Positions 31,367 to 46,016 of a stretch of 64,000 nucleotides of DNA are shown here, one piece after another. This DNA comes from Paraspadella gotoi (taxonomy: Eukaryota > Animalia > Chaetognatha). Every line of letters begins with the position of its first letter. The first letter of the stretch is position 1. Under the pieces are notes generated by a model. That model had not been told where the DNA came from, did not search any database, and worked only from the letters and a program-made list of their open reading frames with translations. Both the position numbers and the translations under genes were made by a program. The DNA is taken from NCBI GenBank assembly GCA_051294375.1, contig CM119263.1:19615377-19679376 (forward strand). The letters run 5' to 3'.

Positions 31367-34248
31367 CTCAAACATACCCCTCCCGAAAGAACTCCTACTT
31401 TGAATCACGTGATTTCATCAGTGATTCCATTCACCCCCGCCTCGATCCTTCAAATCAATAAACTTGACGAAGATTTAAAAAAGAAAATCTTTCAATTCTC
31501 TTTTTTTTTCTTCTTGGATTTATTCCTTCCTCCTTTCCTTGGTTTGGTTTTCCTTTTTTCATTTTCCTTTTTTAATTACATCTTACCATTTTTTATTCCA
31601 TTTTTTACGTTTCTATCTTTTTTTGGTATTTTCTCTTGGGTCTGTTCATTGAAAATTATTTTTTTCCCTCGCTTTTTTTAAAGAAACACGATAACTATAG
31701 TCATATGAATTTGAACAAAGATTTTTATCATGCTGTCATTTCAGTATGAGCTGCCTTTAGATTGTTCTTATATTTTTATATTTATTACTTTTTTGATATT
31801 TTTTAAAAATATGCAGGCAGGTTTAGGTAGGTAAAGAAACAGAAAACTTACTGAAATATAACAACTAACACCACGGATATCGCCAAGATTAAAAGTTTGC
31901 AACATCACTTAGCATGCAGTTGAGCTAAGTTCTCGCTTGACCAACTTATTGATTGAAGTTTCTCTACCTGACATCGACTCGTTTTTAATTTTCCACTTCC
32001 CCGGTTTTTTCATTTGTCGTTACCGTCGAAATAAAAAGTCAACTCGAATTCAAACCAAGTTCTGGTGCAGTTGGTGACGGCTAAAAATATTTCTAGTTCG
32101 TTACATCGCCATCTTGCCACATTACGTACTCTAAAAACAGTCATAATTCAACGTCCGTTTGAATTTTACAATATAGTATTCCACCCCTAAACTGTTCCGG
32201 CTTCATTTTCTGAATAGATGGATATTGAAGAGGGCGACGACGAGCCTCGTTTCCATTTCTCCGTCTTTTCTCCCTCAAAATGGCGACGAATAAAGATCCC
32301 CGGCCTCCAACTTTCGATCCTTCTTCTTCGCCGGGAAATTTTCGCGATGAATTTGATTCTCTGGAGAAACCGATGTAGCGAAAACGAGACCGAAGTGGCT
32401 TTCCTAGAATTCGCTTGATTACTTGGGGTGGGGGTTGGGGGGGGTTCGCTAGCGGAGGGTCGAGTTTTGGGGAGTGGAGTGATGAGAGTGTAAAAGAGAG
32501 AGAGAGAGAGAGATTACGAGAAGTCAGAGAGCTTGCGTTGTCAAGAAAAGAGGGTAAAACGAGTTTAAGGCGATTGAAAGTGATTTTGAAGAATGAGTAT
32601 GACTCGTATTTCCTTTACGTTCGTTGCTGTTAAAACTTAAGTTAAACTAATGCGTGAAATTCAGAGTTCGAATGTTCTAGCGTTAGAAGTGAAAACTGAA
32701 AAAAAGTGATGTGTGGTGAAGAAGGAGAGAGATTAGTCGTAAGAGTATCACATTTCTGTCAAAGTGGCGAATTGTAAATCATAATTTTTTTTATTTCGCC
32801 GATGAAGAGCAGACAATTTTTATATCTTTTCAATTTAATTTAGACGGAAAAGTAATTTTTTTTACTTAGAGGATAAACGTTGAAAAAATATTTAATTCTT
32901 CCATATTTAAAAAGATTTAACATCTTCTCGGATGTTGTGATTCAATCAGTAATCATGACCTAAAATCTCACATAACATGAGGAGTTCCGCTGATGGTGTC
33001 CCACTGTCCATCGCTAAACAAACACGATATTTCCTTTCCTTTTCCCTTCTCCCGACATTCTTCCCCGCTGAGTCCAATAACCGACAAAATATGGTCTTTT
33101 TCCAAGATCGTTAACCGCAAACAATTTTTTTTCCTCTTAAAACCTGGAAAAATTTGTTGCCGCTTTTATCGAAAATCAATCATTTGCTTTAATAAGAAAA
33201 AAAAAAGGAAGTGACGAGTTGGAAATAAATCTTGGCGCCATTTGGAGTCTGACGAGATCGCGACGAGTGAGTTTGTCAGCATCGGGCGAGTTAGGGTCGG
33301 AGGGTTCAAGGGTCAAGGGATGGCTTCATTTACGGTGAGTCTTAATAGCTCAATCGCTCGCCGGTGACTTCTCAAGGTGCGAACGAGTTTCTGTGAAACA
33401 AAAGGCTCGATCGATCCCCTCTTTTGTTTGACGAAAACCGAGCGACGCCCATCGTTAATCACGTTTCTTCCTCTCTCACTCCGAGAGGTCTCTACCGTGC
33501 CCTCAGCCCCGTCCGCGCCCTCCACTCCCGTCCCATTCCACCCCCAGAGTCGGAGTCCACCCAAGTCCACACACCAAAGCTCAGCGTTGACCGAATTCCG
33601 ATGCTAAAGGAATCGTTCATCACTGGTTGTCTTCCCGGCGACGCGATGACTCCCTTCGTTTCCTCTTCCTCCTCCTCCTCCTCCACCTCCTCCTCCTCTT
33701 TTTTCACTTTATGAAACATCTCTCTTTTCTCGTTCTTGTTCTTGTTCTTGTTCTTATTCCCGTAAGGTTTTTTGTATTGTAGTATTATTAGTTTTCTATG
33801 CCCTCTCTCTCCCTCTCTCTCTTCTCTCTCTCCTTCCCTCCACTCTTTCACCCCTTTCTCCTCCTTTTATCCTTTTTTTACTTCTTCATCCTGTTCACCC
33901 TCCTCCTCTTCCTCTTCCTCCTCCTCCTCTTCCTCCTCTTCTTCTTCCTCTTAGGCAGTTGTTATTTTGTTTTCCCTCCTCCCACCGGAGAGACTTTGTT
34001 TCCAATTGCGTTCGAAGTCGCGAGAAGCGACGATGATAGTGAATGACGATGATAAAGACGCGGATGATAAAAATGACCCCAATTGACATTTGGAAGATAA
34101 TATAAAATAGTGAATCGAGTTTATATATAAAATTCAAAATCGGAAAATAATATTGTATTTAATTGGATAATTTTGTCTATATACTTTGATAACCACCGTG
34201 CGGATACCAATAATGTAAGTNNNNNNNNNNNNNNNNNNNNNNNNNAGA

Positions 34249-35673
34249 TCACCGTAGCAACCGGAAATGACGGCGCGGGGGGGCGCAAAGTGGTGGTTGG
34301 GAAAGGGTGGTGTCGGGTGAGGGAAGGGTGGGGCGGGAGAGGAAAGAGAAGAGATTATGGTAGCGTGAGATTCGCTCGAAATAGGATGAGAGAGAAAAGA
34401 TATTTGAGCAGAAAATTAAAGGGTTGAAACTTGATATAAAGATTGGGTAATGAAGGATATTCCAAGGCACTGGTTTATATTGCCTAATGATGGGGCATTT
34501 TAGATTTAATAAAGATTTGCAGAGCAAAATCAAAATGGCGCAGGGAAGGTTTTAGAAAATGGTGGAGTAGATCATCTACGAGATGAAACGGGGAGTAAAA
34601 AAAAAAAAAGAAAAAGGGAGAACGTAGAAGAAAAGTTAATTGGATATAAAAAAAAGGTTGGTGGAGGAAATGAATAAACAGGGGCAATGGGATTAAACAG
34701 AAGAAAAAAAAGGGTTAAGATAGGAAATGAAAGAGGAAATAGAAAAAAAAAGAAAAGAAAAGGAAAGGAAAAAAAAAAGTGAAGCAAAAAGTGAGTCTCC
34801 TAAGCCAGGATCGAAGTTCCTCCCGTTTCCGTCCCGAGACAAAATGGAGTTCATTGATTACAGAGTTTGATAGATGGTCTTTGGTCAAACCCATAAAGCG
34901 ATTTACATATTGTAGTTCCCTCTTCTCTTGACGCCCGTCGGGTTCTTTTTTCTGGGACTGATGATTTTAAATAGACGCGTTTAATGGCATTTTAAGGTTT
35001 GATAAACAATTTCATTAAATATTTACTTGTGGCCATGTGGAAGGTTAATATCCCGATCAATCAATGTCGACTAATGAAAGTCGATAGTTTTCTCTAATTG
35101 CACTTTTTACAGCCACTTAAAATAAACGATAGTTGTTCAATGCGAGATTTAAAAAAAAAAGTAATGAGATAGTAAAATCTGGAGAAAAAATTTGGGAGCG
35201 AGAAGAGAAAAAAATATTCATTATGAAGCGAAATCGGCTTCTTGCCAACTGGAAAAGGAGGAGGAGGAGTGGAAGAGGAGGAGAAATAGTGGAGGTGGAG
35301 TAAGGGAAGGAAGAGGAGGAAGAGGAAAGGGCGAAAATGGAAAAGAAGGAAATAGAGAAAAATTAGAAAAGAAAGAAAATGAGATAATGAAAAATAATTG
35401 ATTGTAGAGAAAACTAAAAAGAATTTAAAAATATAGAAACAATGGGAAAATTGTAACTAATTGGACGAAACATAGGATAAAACAATAATAAGAATGACAT
35501 AAAAGAAGAGAAACAGAGAGAGAGAGAGAGAATAGAGTCGGAGAGAAAGGGAGAGAGTGCGAGAGAAAATAAAGGGATTACCTAGGCTTTCTTTTTTTTT
35601 TTGAGGCAAGAGAGAAATGGGTGAAACGATGAGTGGGAGAGACGGCGGAAGATGATCTTTGTGTCTTGGTGGA

Positions 35674-35746
<73 letters not shown>

Positions 35747-35822
35747 AGAAGAGAATCGTTTGATGCCATTAATGGAGAAAGTTTTCCTTCACTTCGTCCT
35801 AAATGAGAGACGAAGTGATTAA

Positions 35823-35914
<92 letters not shown>

Positions 35915-36470
35915 AAGAGGACCTTCTCTCAAAGATGTAATCACCTTCGGACGAATTTTCTCCGTCACCGCCTCGAAATGCCACGTCGTTAAATTTAATC
36001 AACTCCTCGCTTAATAAGCTCCTCATGAAAAATGAGCGAATTCCTTCACCAAAACTCTCTGGATTTTTTTTCCGTTATTGATGATGTTGTTGTTGTAGTT
36101 GTCGATTTTTTTTTTTAGTTGTAGTAAAACAAAAACTAGTTTCTGACAGTTCCGTGATACTAGTATAAAATAATATAACGGTATCTAAGTGATGAACTCT
36201 CATTAGTCATTACGTCACTTAAGTATTTTAATTTATTAATATCTTTGTGTTGAACGTTTTCTTGGTAATCGAAGTCCGCCTACAATTCTGCATCATCTTC
36301 ACACCAATCACCCCTCTCACTCCTCCACCCTTCCTCTTCTCCCGCCAACCTTTGGCCCCCAATATCCCTCCCCTCAGCATTGGGGTCACCGGTTGCGTCG
36401 GAATCTCGAACGGCGACTCTCTGCGCCCATCGCAAGACCCTCACTGGTTTTCGGATCATTAGGTGAGAAT

Positions 36471-36558
<88 letters not shown>

Positions 36559-38113
36559 GAGGTTAGGGTTAGGTGCCTCGGCTCTTGGTCATAGTTTGGC
36601 TTTGATTGTAGTGCGAGATTCGGCGGAGCGAGAGAAAAAAGTAGAAGGTATAATAAAAGATTTAAGGTATTTCAATAAACTTTATCAATTAGTTAGTTAG
36701 TCCCGCCTCGATTATTTATTTGAATTCAAGTAACTTTTCTATTGGCCAATGTTTGCTAGTAATTTTTTCAATAATATCATAAAGAGATTAAATTGTGCGC
36801 CTAAACTTGAAATCATAACGAATGGAAAAGCAATACACTCCTTGTGCTGCTTGTGATGCGTTCTGTGAAACCAGTCCCTCATTCGGAGCCGGTAATCGTG
36901 CGGAGAGAAAATCTCAGAATGAATCTAAAAATAAAAGTTGTATTCAATAAAGCTAATATTCTTAAAAATGAACAGAAAAAAATTTGTTTAAAAAAAGTGA
37001 AAAACAGGAAAATGAATACGACAAATTAGGAAATCGAGGATAGGAAAAAAAAGGAAAGAAAATTGGGGGCCATCGAGGAGGGTGAGAGAGAGGGAATGGA
37101 AAGAGAGAGAGAGAGAAAGAGAGAAAGAGAAAAAGAGACAGAGACAGAGACAGAGAGAGAGCTATAGAGAGACTGAAAGCTGAAAGAGAGACAGAGAGAC
37201 AAAGAGAGAGAGAAAGAAGGCGAATGGAATTAACGAAATTAAAAGAGGGACCGAGAGAGTCCCCCGGAGGGTCGCTGGCGCCCCGGCGTGTAACCGCTTT
37301 CTTTTTTTATCCTTTTGTTTGTTTATTTTTATTTACGAAACCTAAATTAAGAAATTAATCCCCGCATTCAGTCGGAGATGAAATAAAAGTGAAATCTCCG
37401 CTCGGAAATTTTAAGCGTCGGATTTAATTAATTTTATTTCCGAGCGATATTTTTTCATGCTCGGGATAAAATAAGGTTTTTTTTTTTGTCGAAACTCGTT
37501 CCTGATAGATTACTTTTGCAATTTTTCCGCAAGTTGGTATAAAAGGGATTGAACGATTTTCTTGGTCTTTTAATGGTAAAGCTGAAAAACAATAGTTTCA
37601 TTTTCTTTTTTTTTTTGTCAAACTTCGTCAGTTATTTTGTCATCGTGGTCCGAGGCTCTAAGTGCTCTTACTCTTTTGAGTTTTATTGTTATAAACAAAA
37701 ATACAATGGGTTTTTAGATTCATTCTGAGATTTTCTCTCCGCACGATTACCGGCTCCGAATGAGGGACTGGTTTCACAGAACGCATCACAAGCAGCACAA
37801 GGAGTGTATTGCTTTTCCATTCGTTATGATTTCAAGTTTAGGCGCACAATTTAATCTCTTTATGATATTATTGAAAAAATTACTAGCAAACATTGGCCAA
37901 TAGAAAAGTTACTTGAATTCAAATAAATAATTTATATAGAATCGAGGCGGTCTAAACTAACTAATTGATAAAGTTTATTGAAATACCTTAAATCTTTTAT
38001 TATACCTTCTACTTTTTCTATCGCTCCGCCGAATCTCGCACTACAATCAAAGCCAAACTATGACCAAGAGCCGAGGCACCTAACCCTAACCTCGCTTCTC
38101 CTCTTCTCTCTCT

Positions 38114-38148
<35 letters not shown>

Positions 38149-40532
38149 CTCTTCTCTCTCTCCTCTCTCTCTCTCTCTTCTGCTCTCTCTCTCTCTCTCT
38201 CTCTTCATTCTCACCTAATGATCCGAAAACCAGTGAGGGTCTTGCGATGGGCGCAGAGAGTCGCCGTTCGAGATTCCGACGCAACCGGTGACCCCAATGC
38301 TGAGGGGGAGGGATATTGGGGGCCAAAGGTTGGCGGGAGAAGAGGAAGGGTGGAGGAGTGAGAGGGCGTGATTGGTGTGAAGATGATGCAGAATTGTAGG
38401 CGGACTTCGAATACCAAGAAAACGTTCAACACAAAGATATTAATAAATTAAAATACTTAAGTGACGTAATGACTAATGAGAGTTCATCACTTAGATACCG
38501 TTATATTATTTTATACTAGTATCACGGAACTGTCAGAAACTAGTTTTTGTTTTACTACAACTAAAAAAAAAAATCGACAACTACAACAACAACATCATCA
38601 ATAACGGAAAAAAAATCCAGAGAGTTTTGGTGAAGGAATTCGCTCATTTTTCATGAGGAGCTTATTAAGCGAGGAGTTGATTAAATTTAACGACGTGGCA
38701 TTTCGAGGCGGTGACAGAGAAAATCGTCACGAAGGGTGACTACATCTTGAGAGAAGGTGCCTCTCTCCTCTCTCTCTCTCCTCGATCTAGTAAGGTCCCG
38801 TATGCTCCGACGGGTCTCGTGCTTCGTCGCCTGCTCCTCGTCCTCTCTCTCTCATCTCCTGCTCGGTCGATCTCTCTCTCTCTCTCTTTCCTTAATCACT
38901 TCGTCTCTCATTTAGGACGAAGTGAAGGAAAACTTTCTCCATTAATGGCATCAAACGATATCCTCGTCCTCTCATCTGGTTCTCTCGGTCGACGGACTTC
39001 CTCAGACGGTGGTGATCTTCTCTCTGCCTCTCCTTCCTCTGCATCGCTCCCTCTCGTCATCTCGAGTCGACTCTCTCTCGTCTCGTCTCTCTCTCTTCTC
39101 TCTGCTTCCACCAAGACACAAAGATCATCTTCCGCCGTCTCTCCCACTCATCGTTTCACCCATTTCTCTCTTGCCTCAAAAAAAAAGAAAGCCCTAGGTA
39201 ATCCCTTTATTTTCTCTCGCACTCTCTCCCTTTCTCTCCGACTCTATCTCTCTCTCTCTCTCTCTGTTTCTCTTCTTTTATGTCATTCTTATTATTGTTT
39301 TATCCTATGTTTCGTCCAATTAGTTACAATTTTCCCATTGTTTCTATATTTTTAAATTCTTTTTAGTTTTCTCTACAATCAATTATTTTTCATTATCTCA
39401 TTTTCTTTCTTTTCTAATTTTTCTCTATTTCCTTCTTTTCCATTTTCGCCCTTTCCTCTTCCTCCTCTTCCTTCCCTTACTCCACCTCCACTATTTCCTC
39501 CTCCTCTTCCACTCCTCCTCCTCCTTTTCCAGTTGGCAAGAAGCCGATTTCGCTTCATAATGAATATTTTTTTCTCTTCTCGCTCCCAAATTTTTTCTCC
39601 AGATTTTACTATCTCATTACTTTTTTTTTTAAATCTCGCATTGAACAACTATCGTTTATTTTAAGTGGCTGTAAAAAGTGCAATTAGAGAAAACTATCGA
39701 CTTTCATTAGTCGACATTGATTGATCGGGATATTAACCTTCCACATGGCCACAAGTAAATATTTAATGAAATTGTTTATCAAACCTTAAAATGCCATTAA
39801 ACGCGTCTATTTAAAATCATCAGTCCCAGAAAAAAGAACCCGACGGGCGTCAAGAGAAGAGGGAACTACAATATGTAAATCGCTTTATGGGTTTGACCAA
39901 AGACCATCTATCAAACTCTGTAATCAATGAACTCCATTTTGTCTCGGGACGGAAACGGGAGGAACTTCGATCCTGGCTTAGGAGACTCACTTTTTGCTTC
40001 ACTTTTTTTTTTCCTTTCCTTTTCTTTTCTTTTTTTTTTCTATTTCCTCTTTCATTTCCTATCTTAACCCTTTTTTTTCTTCTGTTTAATCCCATTGCCC
40101 CTGTTTATTCATTTCCTCCACCAACCTTTTTTTTATATCCAATTAACTTTTCTTCTACGTTCTCCCTTTTTCTTTTTTTTTTTTACTCCCCGTTTCATCT
40201 CGTAGATGATCTACTCCACCATTTTCTAAAACCTTCCCTGCGCCATTTTGATTTTGCTCTGCAAATCTTTATTAAATCTAAAATGCCCCATCATTAGGCA
40301 ATATAAACCAGTGCCTTGGAATATCCTTCATTACCCAATCTTTATATCAAGTTTCAACCCTTTAATTTTCTGCTCAAATATCTTTTCTCTCTCATCCTAT
40401 TTCGAGCGAATCTCACGCTACCATAATCTCTTCTCTTTCCTCTCCCGCCCCACCCTTCCCTCACCCGACACCACCCTTTCCCAACCACCACTTTGCGCCC
40501 CCCCGCGCCGTCATTTCCGGTTGCTACGGTGA
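34249..40532. repeat. Inverted duplication: arms 34249-36931 and 37711-40532, ~780-bp spacer
   Basis: The arms are near-identical reverse complements; the ORF track shows identical peptides on opposite strands (e.g. 34249-34533 minus = 40248-40532 plus). They differ by a few SNPs/indels and in the microsatellites. The left arm starts right after a 25-N gap (34221-34245). Probably an assembly artefact. Confidence 0.95.
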
Positions 40533-42883
40533 CGCCGGTCGCCAAATAGAAAAAGGCAAGAAAAAAAGAATAAATAAAGAAAAGTGAAAAAGAAAACGGG
40601 GCAAAGCAGACGGAATTCAGGGAAGCCCGTGAGGAGGAGGGGAGGGGGGGGGGTTAAGTCTTAATGAGACGAAATCCGATACGGAATTTGATGGAGCGAC
40701 GTCGAAATTCGAAAAGTCTCTTTCTCAACGCCGAACCCGGCAACAGAGCTAAATAGCGAGCCTCGTTACAAAACTTTAGAATGGAGGAGTCCGATGAGAG
40801 AAATCTCGGGATTCCAGGTCTTGTTTACCAAAGCGCGGTAACGGGTCGGCGGCGGCAGCGTCGGTCTCCGCGGCGTCGGCGGCGGCGGAGCGGTGGCTCC
40901 GTCGGCGACCGCTCTCCCCGACAGACGTCGGAATCCATTTGCATAACTTAATCCACTGGCGAAGGAGGCGGATTGGAGGGAGGAAACTGGGAAAGGGGCC
41001 GAGTCGGTTTCAGGGGTGGGAGGGGGTTTTAAGTAAAGAGGGTGAGTTTTTGGAGGGTTGGTGATGGTTGGTGATGGTTGAGTATATTGACGCGTACCCA
41101 GTACATGAACGTTTGTGTTCTGCGTATGAAAATGAGTGCACGTAGCTGAGTTCATGTAGTTCGAAATCGGATAGATTTTAAATGAGACAAAGTAAGCAGG
41201 CGCATGATGTGGTAAGGAATCGAGACTAGAAAGCAAAAAATGTTTATATCGGTGAGACGGTCGAATAAATTGGTGGAGACTGGAGAGTGGATTCTTAAGA
41301 TTGATTGGCCAACAGAACCGCGGATTCTTTGTCGCGCAGAATTTTGGAGCGGTTCTCGACTATCTTCTCTGTGCGTTTCTCCGGTGAGGGTCGATCCGTC
41401 TCTGCCAATCGGTTCGTTGGACAATTGGACAATCTGCTTGTTGATCGTATTCCGTTGGAACAATTCTAATAGAAAAAAAGTAGAATTTTCCAAATAAAAA
41501 AAACTGAATACAAAATAGTGTCGAGAAAAGATACATGGGAGTCGAAATTTCGACTACAATCATCACACTCAGAAAATTTATATTTAAAGAAGTATCATGA
41601 TATTAATAGTGGCGAAAAAATATTAGAAAAGTCTCGATACATTTTTAATACAAATAACATGGGTTATTTACTTTTTTCGTGAGTCTCAACGGAGGCTGTT
41701 TTTCTCCTAGGATTTCCTCTTTGGAATTCGACGTCTCGAGGGAACTGGGAAATGGACGAAGACGACGACGACGACGAGGATAAAGTCGATGACAACGACG
41801 ACGACGACGACGACCATGAAAATGTCACCAATGACGATGATTATGTCAGCGGGGCCGTTGATTTAAAACCGGAGACCATTGACTAACATTGATGGGGACA
41901 TCGAGGCGATGACACTGATAATAACCACGCGAAAGACGATGATAAAGTTGATGTCTGTTTTGATCCCAAAAAATAATCTCTGGATACTGGACAAAGACGA
42001 GAGATTGGAAAGAGGATGATGCAGAAGGCGAACGACCGAAACGATGCGCAAAATCTTTTTTTTTTTTTAATGATAGGCCATGATAGACGATGCTACGTAC
42101 ATGACTCGTGTCCCACTCCATATTTATGAGTCTCCGCGAGGAAAATTTGATCCGATTCTTCGAAGGGGAATTCGTCTCGAAATACTCGGCGCGACTCTTG
42201 GTCGGTGGGCGTGTCGCCAGGTCTCTTGGGAAAAGGGAGACCCCCTTAAAGTCAATACCTCTCAACAAGCCTCACAACCCAACACACCAAGATTGAAAAT
42301 CGTCGTTCGTCCTGCCCGTTCACCGTTCACCGTTCACCGTTCAAGGTTCGCCTCTCCCTTAATATCTGCAGCAATGAAAATATCAAAACCTCCGTCAAAC
42401 TTTCAATCATCACTTAGTTTCGCTTTCCCGTTCACTTCACCTCACCTCCTTTCACAAATCCTCGTCATCTTTAAATCTCACTCCCTTCGAAAATCGTTTG
42501 GCGTGAAAAAAAAAAGGATTTGTGAGTTGATTTGCGTCTCATTCACGACTTTTATTATCGACTGTCAAACGTCGTCGGTTAGAAAAGAAAAACCCGGTGA
42601 AATCAGATTTAAATCTTTTTAGGAGGCTCATGGCTACTTGGGTGGAAGGCATATGATCATAAGATAAAATAGGATAATATGGGACAGGATATATAATGTT
42701 ATAATGAGAGGATGCAATAGTTAGCCACAACCAATTTGACGTGAGATAAACCCGCGCCAAAAATTTGACGAAAACTACGAGTTCAACGAAAACGACGACG
42801 ACGAAGTCTTTGGTGAAGATAAGAATTGTGAAGTAGAAGAGACGTCAAAGTAGAGGATTTTGAAAAGCACAAAGGAATAAAAA

Positions 42884-42981
42884 AGAAGAAGAAGAAGAAG
42901 AAGAAGAAGAAGAAGAAGAAGAAGAAGAAGAAGAAGAAGAAGAAGAAGAAGAAGAAGAAGAAGAAGAAGAAGAAGAAGAAG
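42884..42981. repeat. (GAA)n microsatellite
   Basis: Directly visible, about 32 units. Confidence 0.97.
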
Positions 42982-43412
42982 ATGAGCAAGAAGAGGCGAG
43001 AAAGAGAGAAAAAAAAGAGGCGAGTTCGACGACGACAATAAGGATCCATTTTTCTTGAACCTGCGATACGGAAACCCATGAATATTCACAACTGCCTCTT
43101 ATCTCTCCTCTCTCCTTTTTTCCCCCCGGCGTCGAGAAAGGGGAGGAAGCGACTCTTTTTTTTATTTTCAACACGTTTTTCCTTTCAGAGGTTTTTTTTT
43201 TCGTCGATTTTTAGTTTTATTTATGACCTGAATCTTTTATTTTTATTTTTTTCTGTATGAATTATTCATCGACGATTCGAGGTTTTCGTTTAATCGATAA
43301 AATCGATAGGATCGTCGTCGTCGTAGAGCGACGTCGAAAAACAAGTTGGAAAACAAAACGACATCGAACCGAGCAGCAAAGACAACGGAGAGGCATAAAC
43401 GGTGCATATGTG

Positions 43413-43530
<118 letters not shown>

Positions 43531-45063
43531 CAATGGTGATAACAAAAGTCAAGCGTACATGAGGCGCCATCGCGTTTGAACGTGATTTGGCTCCAAACAA
43601 AAGTAATCGTTGGGAAGGGGGAGGAAGAAGAGGAGGAAAATAGGGGGGCAGGTAGGAGGATAGAGAGAAGAAATAAAAGAATATAGGAAAAAAGGGAAAG
43701 TTAAAGAGGCGAATTAAGGCTGGACGGAGCCGGCGTTAAAAAAATCCTACCCGGGAAAATAGATTTTTTTTGTTTTAAAGCGAGAAAAACGATGGCGAGA
43801 AAGAGAACATTTAAGACCTTTGTAAGTTACGGGGTTGTAGTGCTACAAACGTTACGCCCCCTCGCTCTTGATAATTATGCGTTGAAACATAGAAAAAAGG
43901 AAAAAAGAAAGAAAGAAAGAAAGAAAGAAAGAGAGAAAGAAAGAAAGAAAGAAAGAAAGACAGACAGACAGACTTGGTCCATTGGCCGAGGAAAACTCCT
44001 AAAGAAAAAAAATATTTTTCCGGCTGAAACAAAAACCTTCAAAGTGGCCTTTCTCGTACTGACGCCGTCTGGCGAACCCGGCGTCCCGCGCCGTCGACCG
44101 GCGTCCACCGGCGTCCGACGGCGTCTGTTGGAACATCTGTCGTAACATCAACACTGGGAAATCCGATTGCCCCGTTGGAAACGATCTGGACGCTTGGGAA
44201 ATTGATTGGTTTGAGGCGTAAGATAAAAAGACGCGATCCTAAGTTTTTTTTTTTTTTTTCAGTTTAGTTTTGTTTAGGAAAACTAAGGAATTGGACAAAC
44301 ATTTCACATACTTCCTGTCTAAAATTATCGCGCGATTGAGGTTCGACGAATAGTTTATAAATCTAGAAATCGCCATCTCAAATGGAAACAACGTAATGTG
44401 GGGATTTAATAAAACGCAATGTCATAATTTGAACCTTTTATAAAACCAAAGTGCAACAATGAAACTAAATAAAGTTCTATTGAAACGCAACAAGAAATAC
44501 GAGGACGTTCACTCGAACTAATCCTCCCAGACAATCCCAACCCACAACCTTCAAAACAAAAAAATAAAGCCCGACTCAATCCAGCTGAACCTTCNNNNNN
44601 NNNNNNNNNNNNNNNNNNNAAATTAATCTTCTAATGCCATTTAATGCAAAATAAATGACATACATTTATGAATTCTCTTTCCATTTTCGGTGGCGAGTGC
44701 AACGTCTCCCGAGCTCTACCCGTTAGCCAGCAGTGACGCCATCTCACGCCAAATTTGCGTCTTTTTTTCACAGACGTAATAACGGTGTTGTTGTTGTTGG
44801 TTTCTCCTCCCCCCCCTCAGCTCTCTTCTTCTTTTCTTCTATCCTCATTACTGAAAGTCATTGTCTCGAATTCCGGCGCGACTTTGAAAGATCAGCACCC
44901 GATTGCACCCGCGTACAGCGCACTCTTTAAGAACAATTTTGGTGGGTCAGTAAAAAAAATGCTAATAAGTCCAATAAACCATAATAAAGCACTTAATTTT
45001 GAGTATTGAACCATTTTCTAAAGACTCAGCACCCTATTAAGGTTCATCTTATTACTGTTAAAC

Positions 45064-45182
45064 CATTTCAGTTATTACTTAAAGCTACCTTTACAGCCAG
45101 TTTATCACCATATCAGTACAAACATTTCAGTTATTACTTAAAGCTACTTTTACAGCCCAGTTTATCACCATATCAGTACAAA
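45064..45182. repeat. Tandem duplication, 2 x ~59 bp
   Basis: catttcagttattacttaaagctac(c/t)tttacagcc(c)agtttatcaccatatcagtacaaa occurs twice, head to tail. Confidence 0.93.
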
Positions 45183-45556
45183 TTTATCAATAATTCTATT
45201 CAATACTTCCACAATTCGTTCGTTTTTAGTGTGCACATTTGGAATAAACAAATTTGTTTAGAAGCAGATTCAAAAGCTCCTTTGTCCATACTGTTAGTCA
45301 TTTTACAGAAAACAAACATTTTAATTCCTGCCACTTCAACTCAAACATATTGCCATTTTCTTATATTATTACAAAAAAAAACTGTCAAAGTTAAAATTAC
45401 CAAGTTTTGTAGTCAAGCTAACACTGCAAATAACAATATGGCAAGTAAAATCAAAACCAATCTTTTTAGGCAAAAGACTTTCCTGGTTTTAATAATGATT
45501 ACTCATGCTTTGCTGAATATATCCAAGCACTCAAGACCTTTGTGAACTTTTTTCTT

Positions 45557-46016
45557 TCAAGAGGATGTGCTGAGCAGTATGTGACAGAACAGCTCTTCTT
45601 ACATGTCTCACAAAGCACATATGGGCCGAAGTTTCTTCATGAATTTGCAGCAAATGGTCTTGACAGGAAACAACCATCACTCACAGAAATCTTTGAGATT
45701 ATTGAGCTAATTTGATTTTGATCACAAATGTTTAAGTGGTCATGAGATCTTCAACAAAATGACTATGAAAGGAAAAGAAGATCCAGCAGAATTCATGTGC
45801 CGCTTAGAAAGATGTTATTTTGCTTACAGCAAGGAAATTTGAGACTCCACACTTTCCATTATGGCAGGATACGCAAGATCAGAACCAGGTTTCATTGAAG
45901 GTGGAAATTTTCCAAAATGGATAGCTGATAAACTTAGAAATTTTGGCGACCTTAACGACATGGTCCTCACGTGCAAACAGTATCTAAAAATAGAAGAAGA
46001 AAGAAAGAAAAACTGA
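45557..46016 (+). mobile_element. Decayed gag (capsid)-like remnant, probably from a Ty3/gypsy-type LTR retrotransposon
   Basis: Interrupted reading frames give ...HEIFNKMTMKGKEDPAEFMCRLERCY... (like the gag 'F..L.Q...E....F..RL' motif). A frameshifted RIRKIRTRF/IEGG follows (like 'IRDRFI.G'), then WIADKLRNFGDLNDMVLTCKQYLKIEEE and a Gln-rich stretch. Contains stops and frameshifts. No RT or integrase motif recognised nearby. Confidence 0.5.

Noticed and set aside
34249-40532. Foldback/TIR transposon or novel hairpin-RNA system
   Set aside because: The spacer has no transposase and the arms are ordinary microsatellite-rich sequence. Adjacency to a 25-N gap, shared with two other inverted copies, points to the assembly.
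41711-41886. Asp- or Thr-rich exon after ttttctcctag
   Set aside because: Degenerate (GAC)n repeat; frames close quickly and there is no partner exon.
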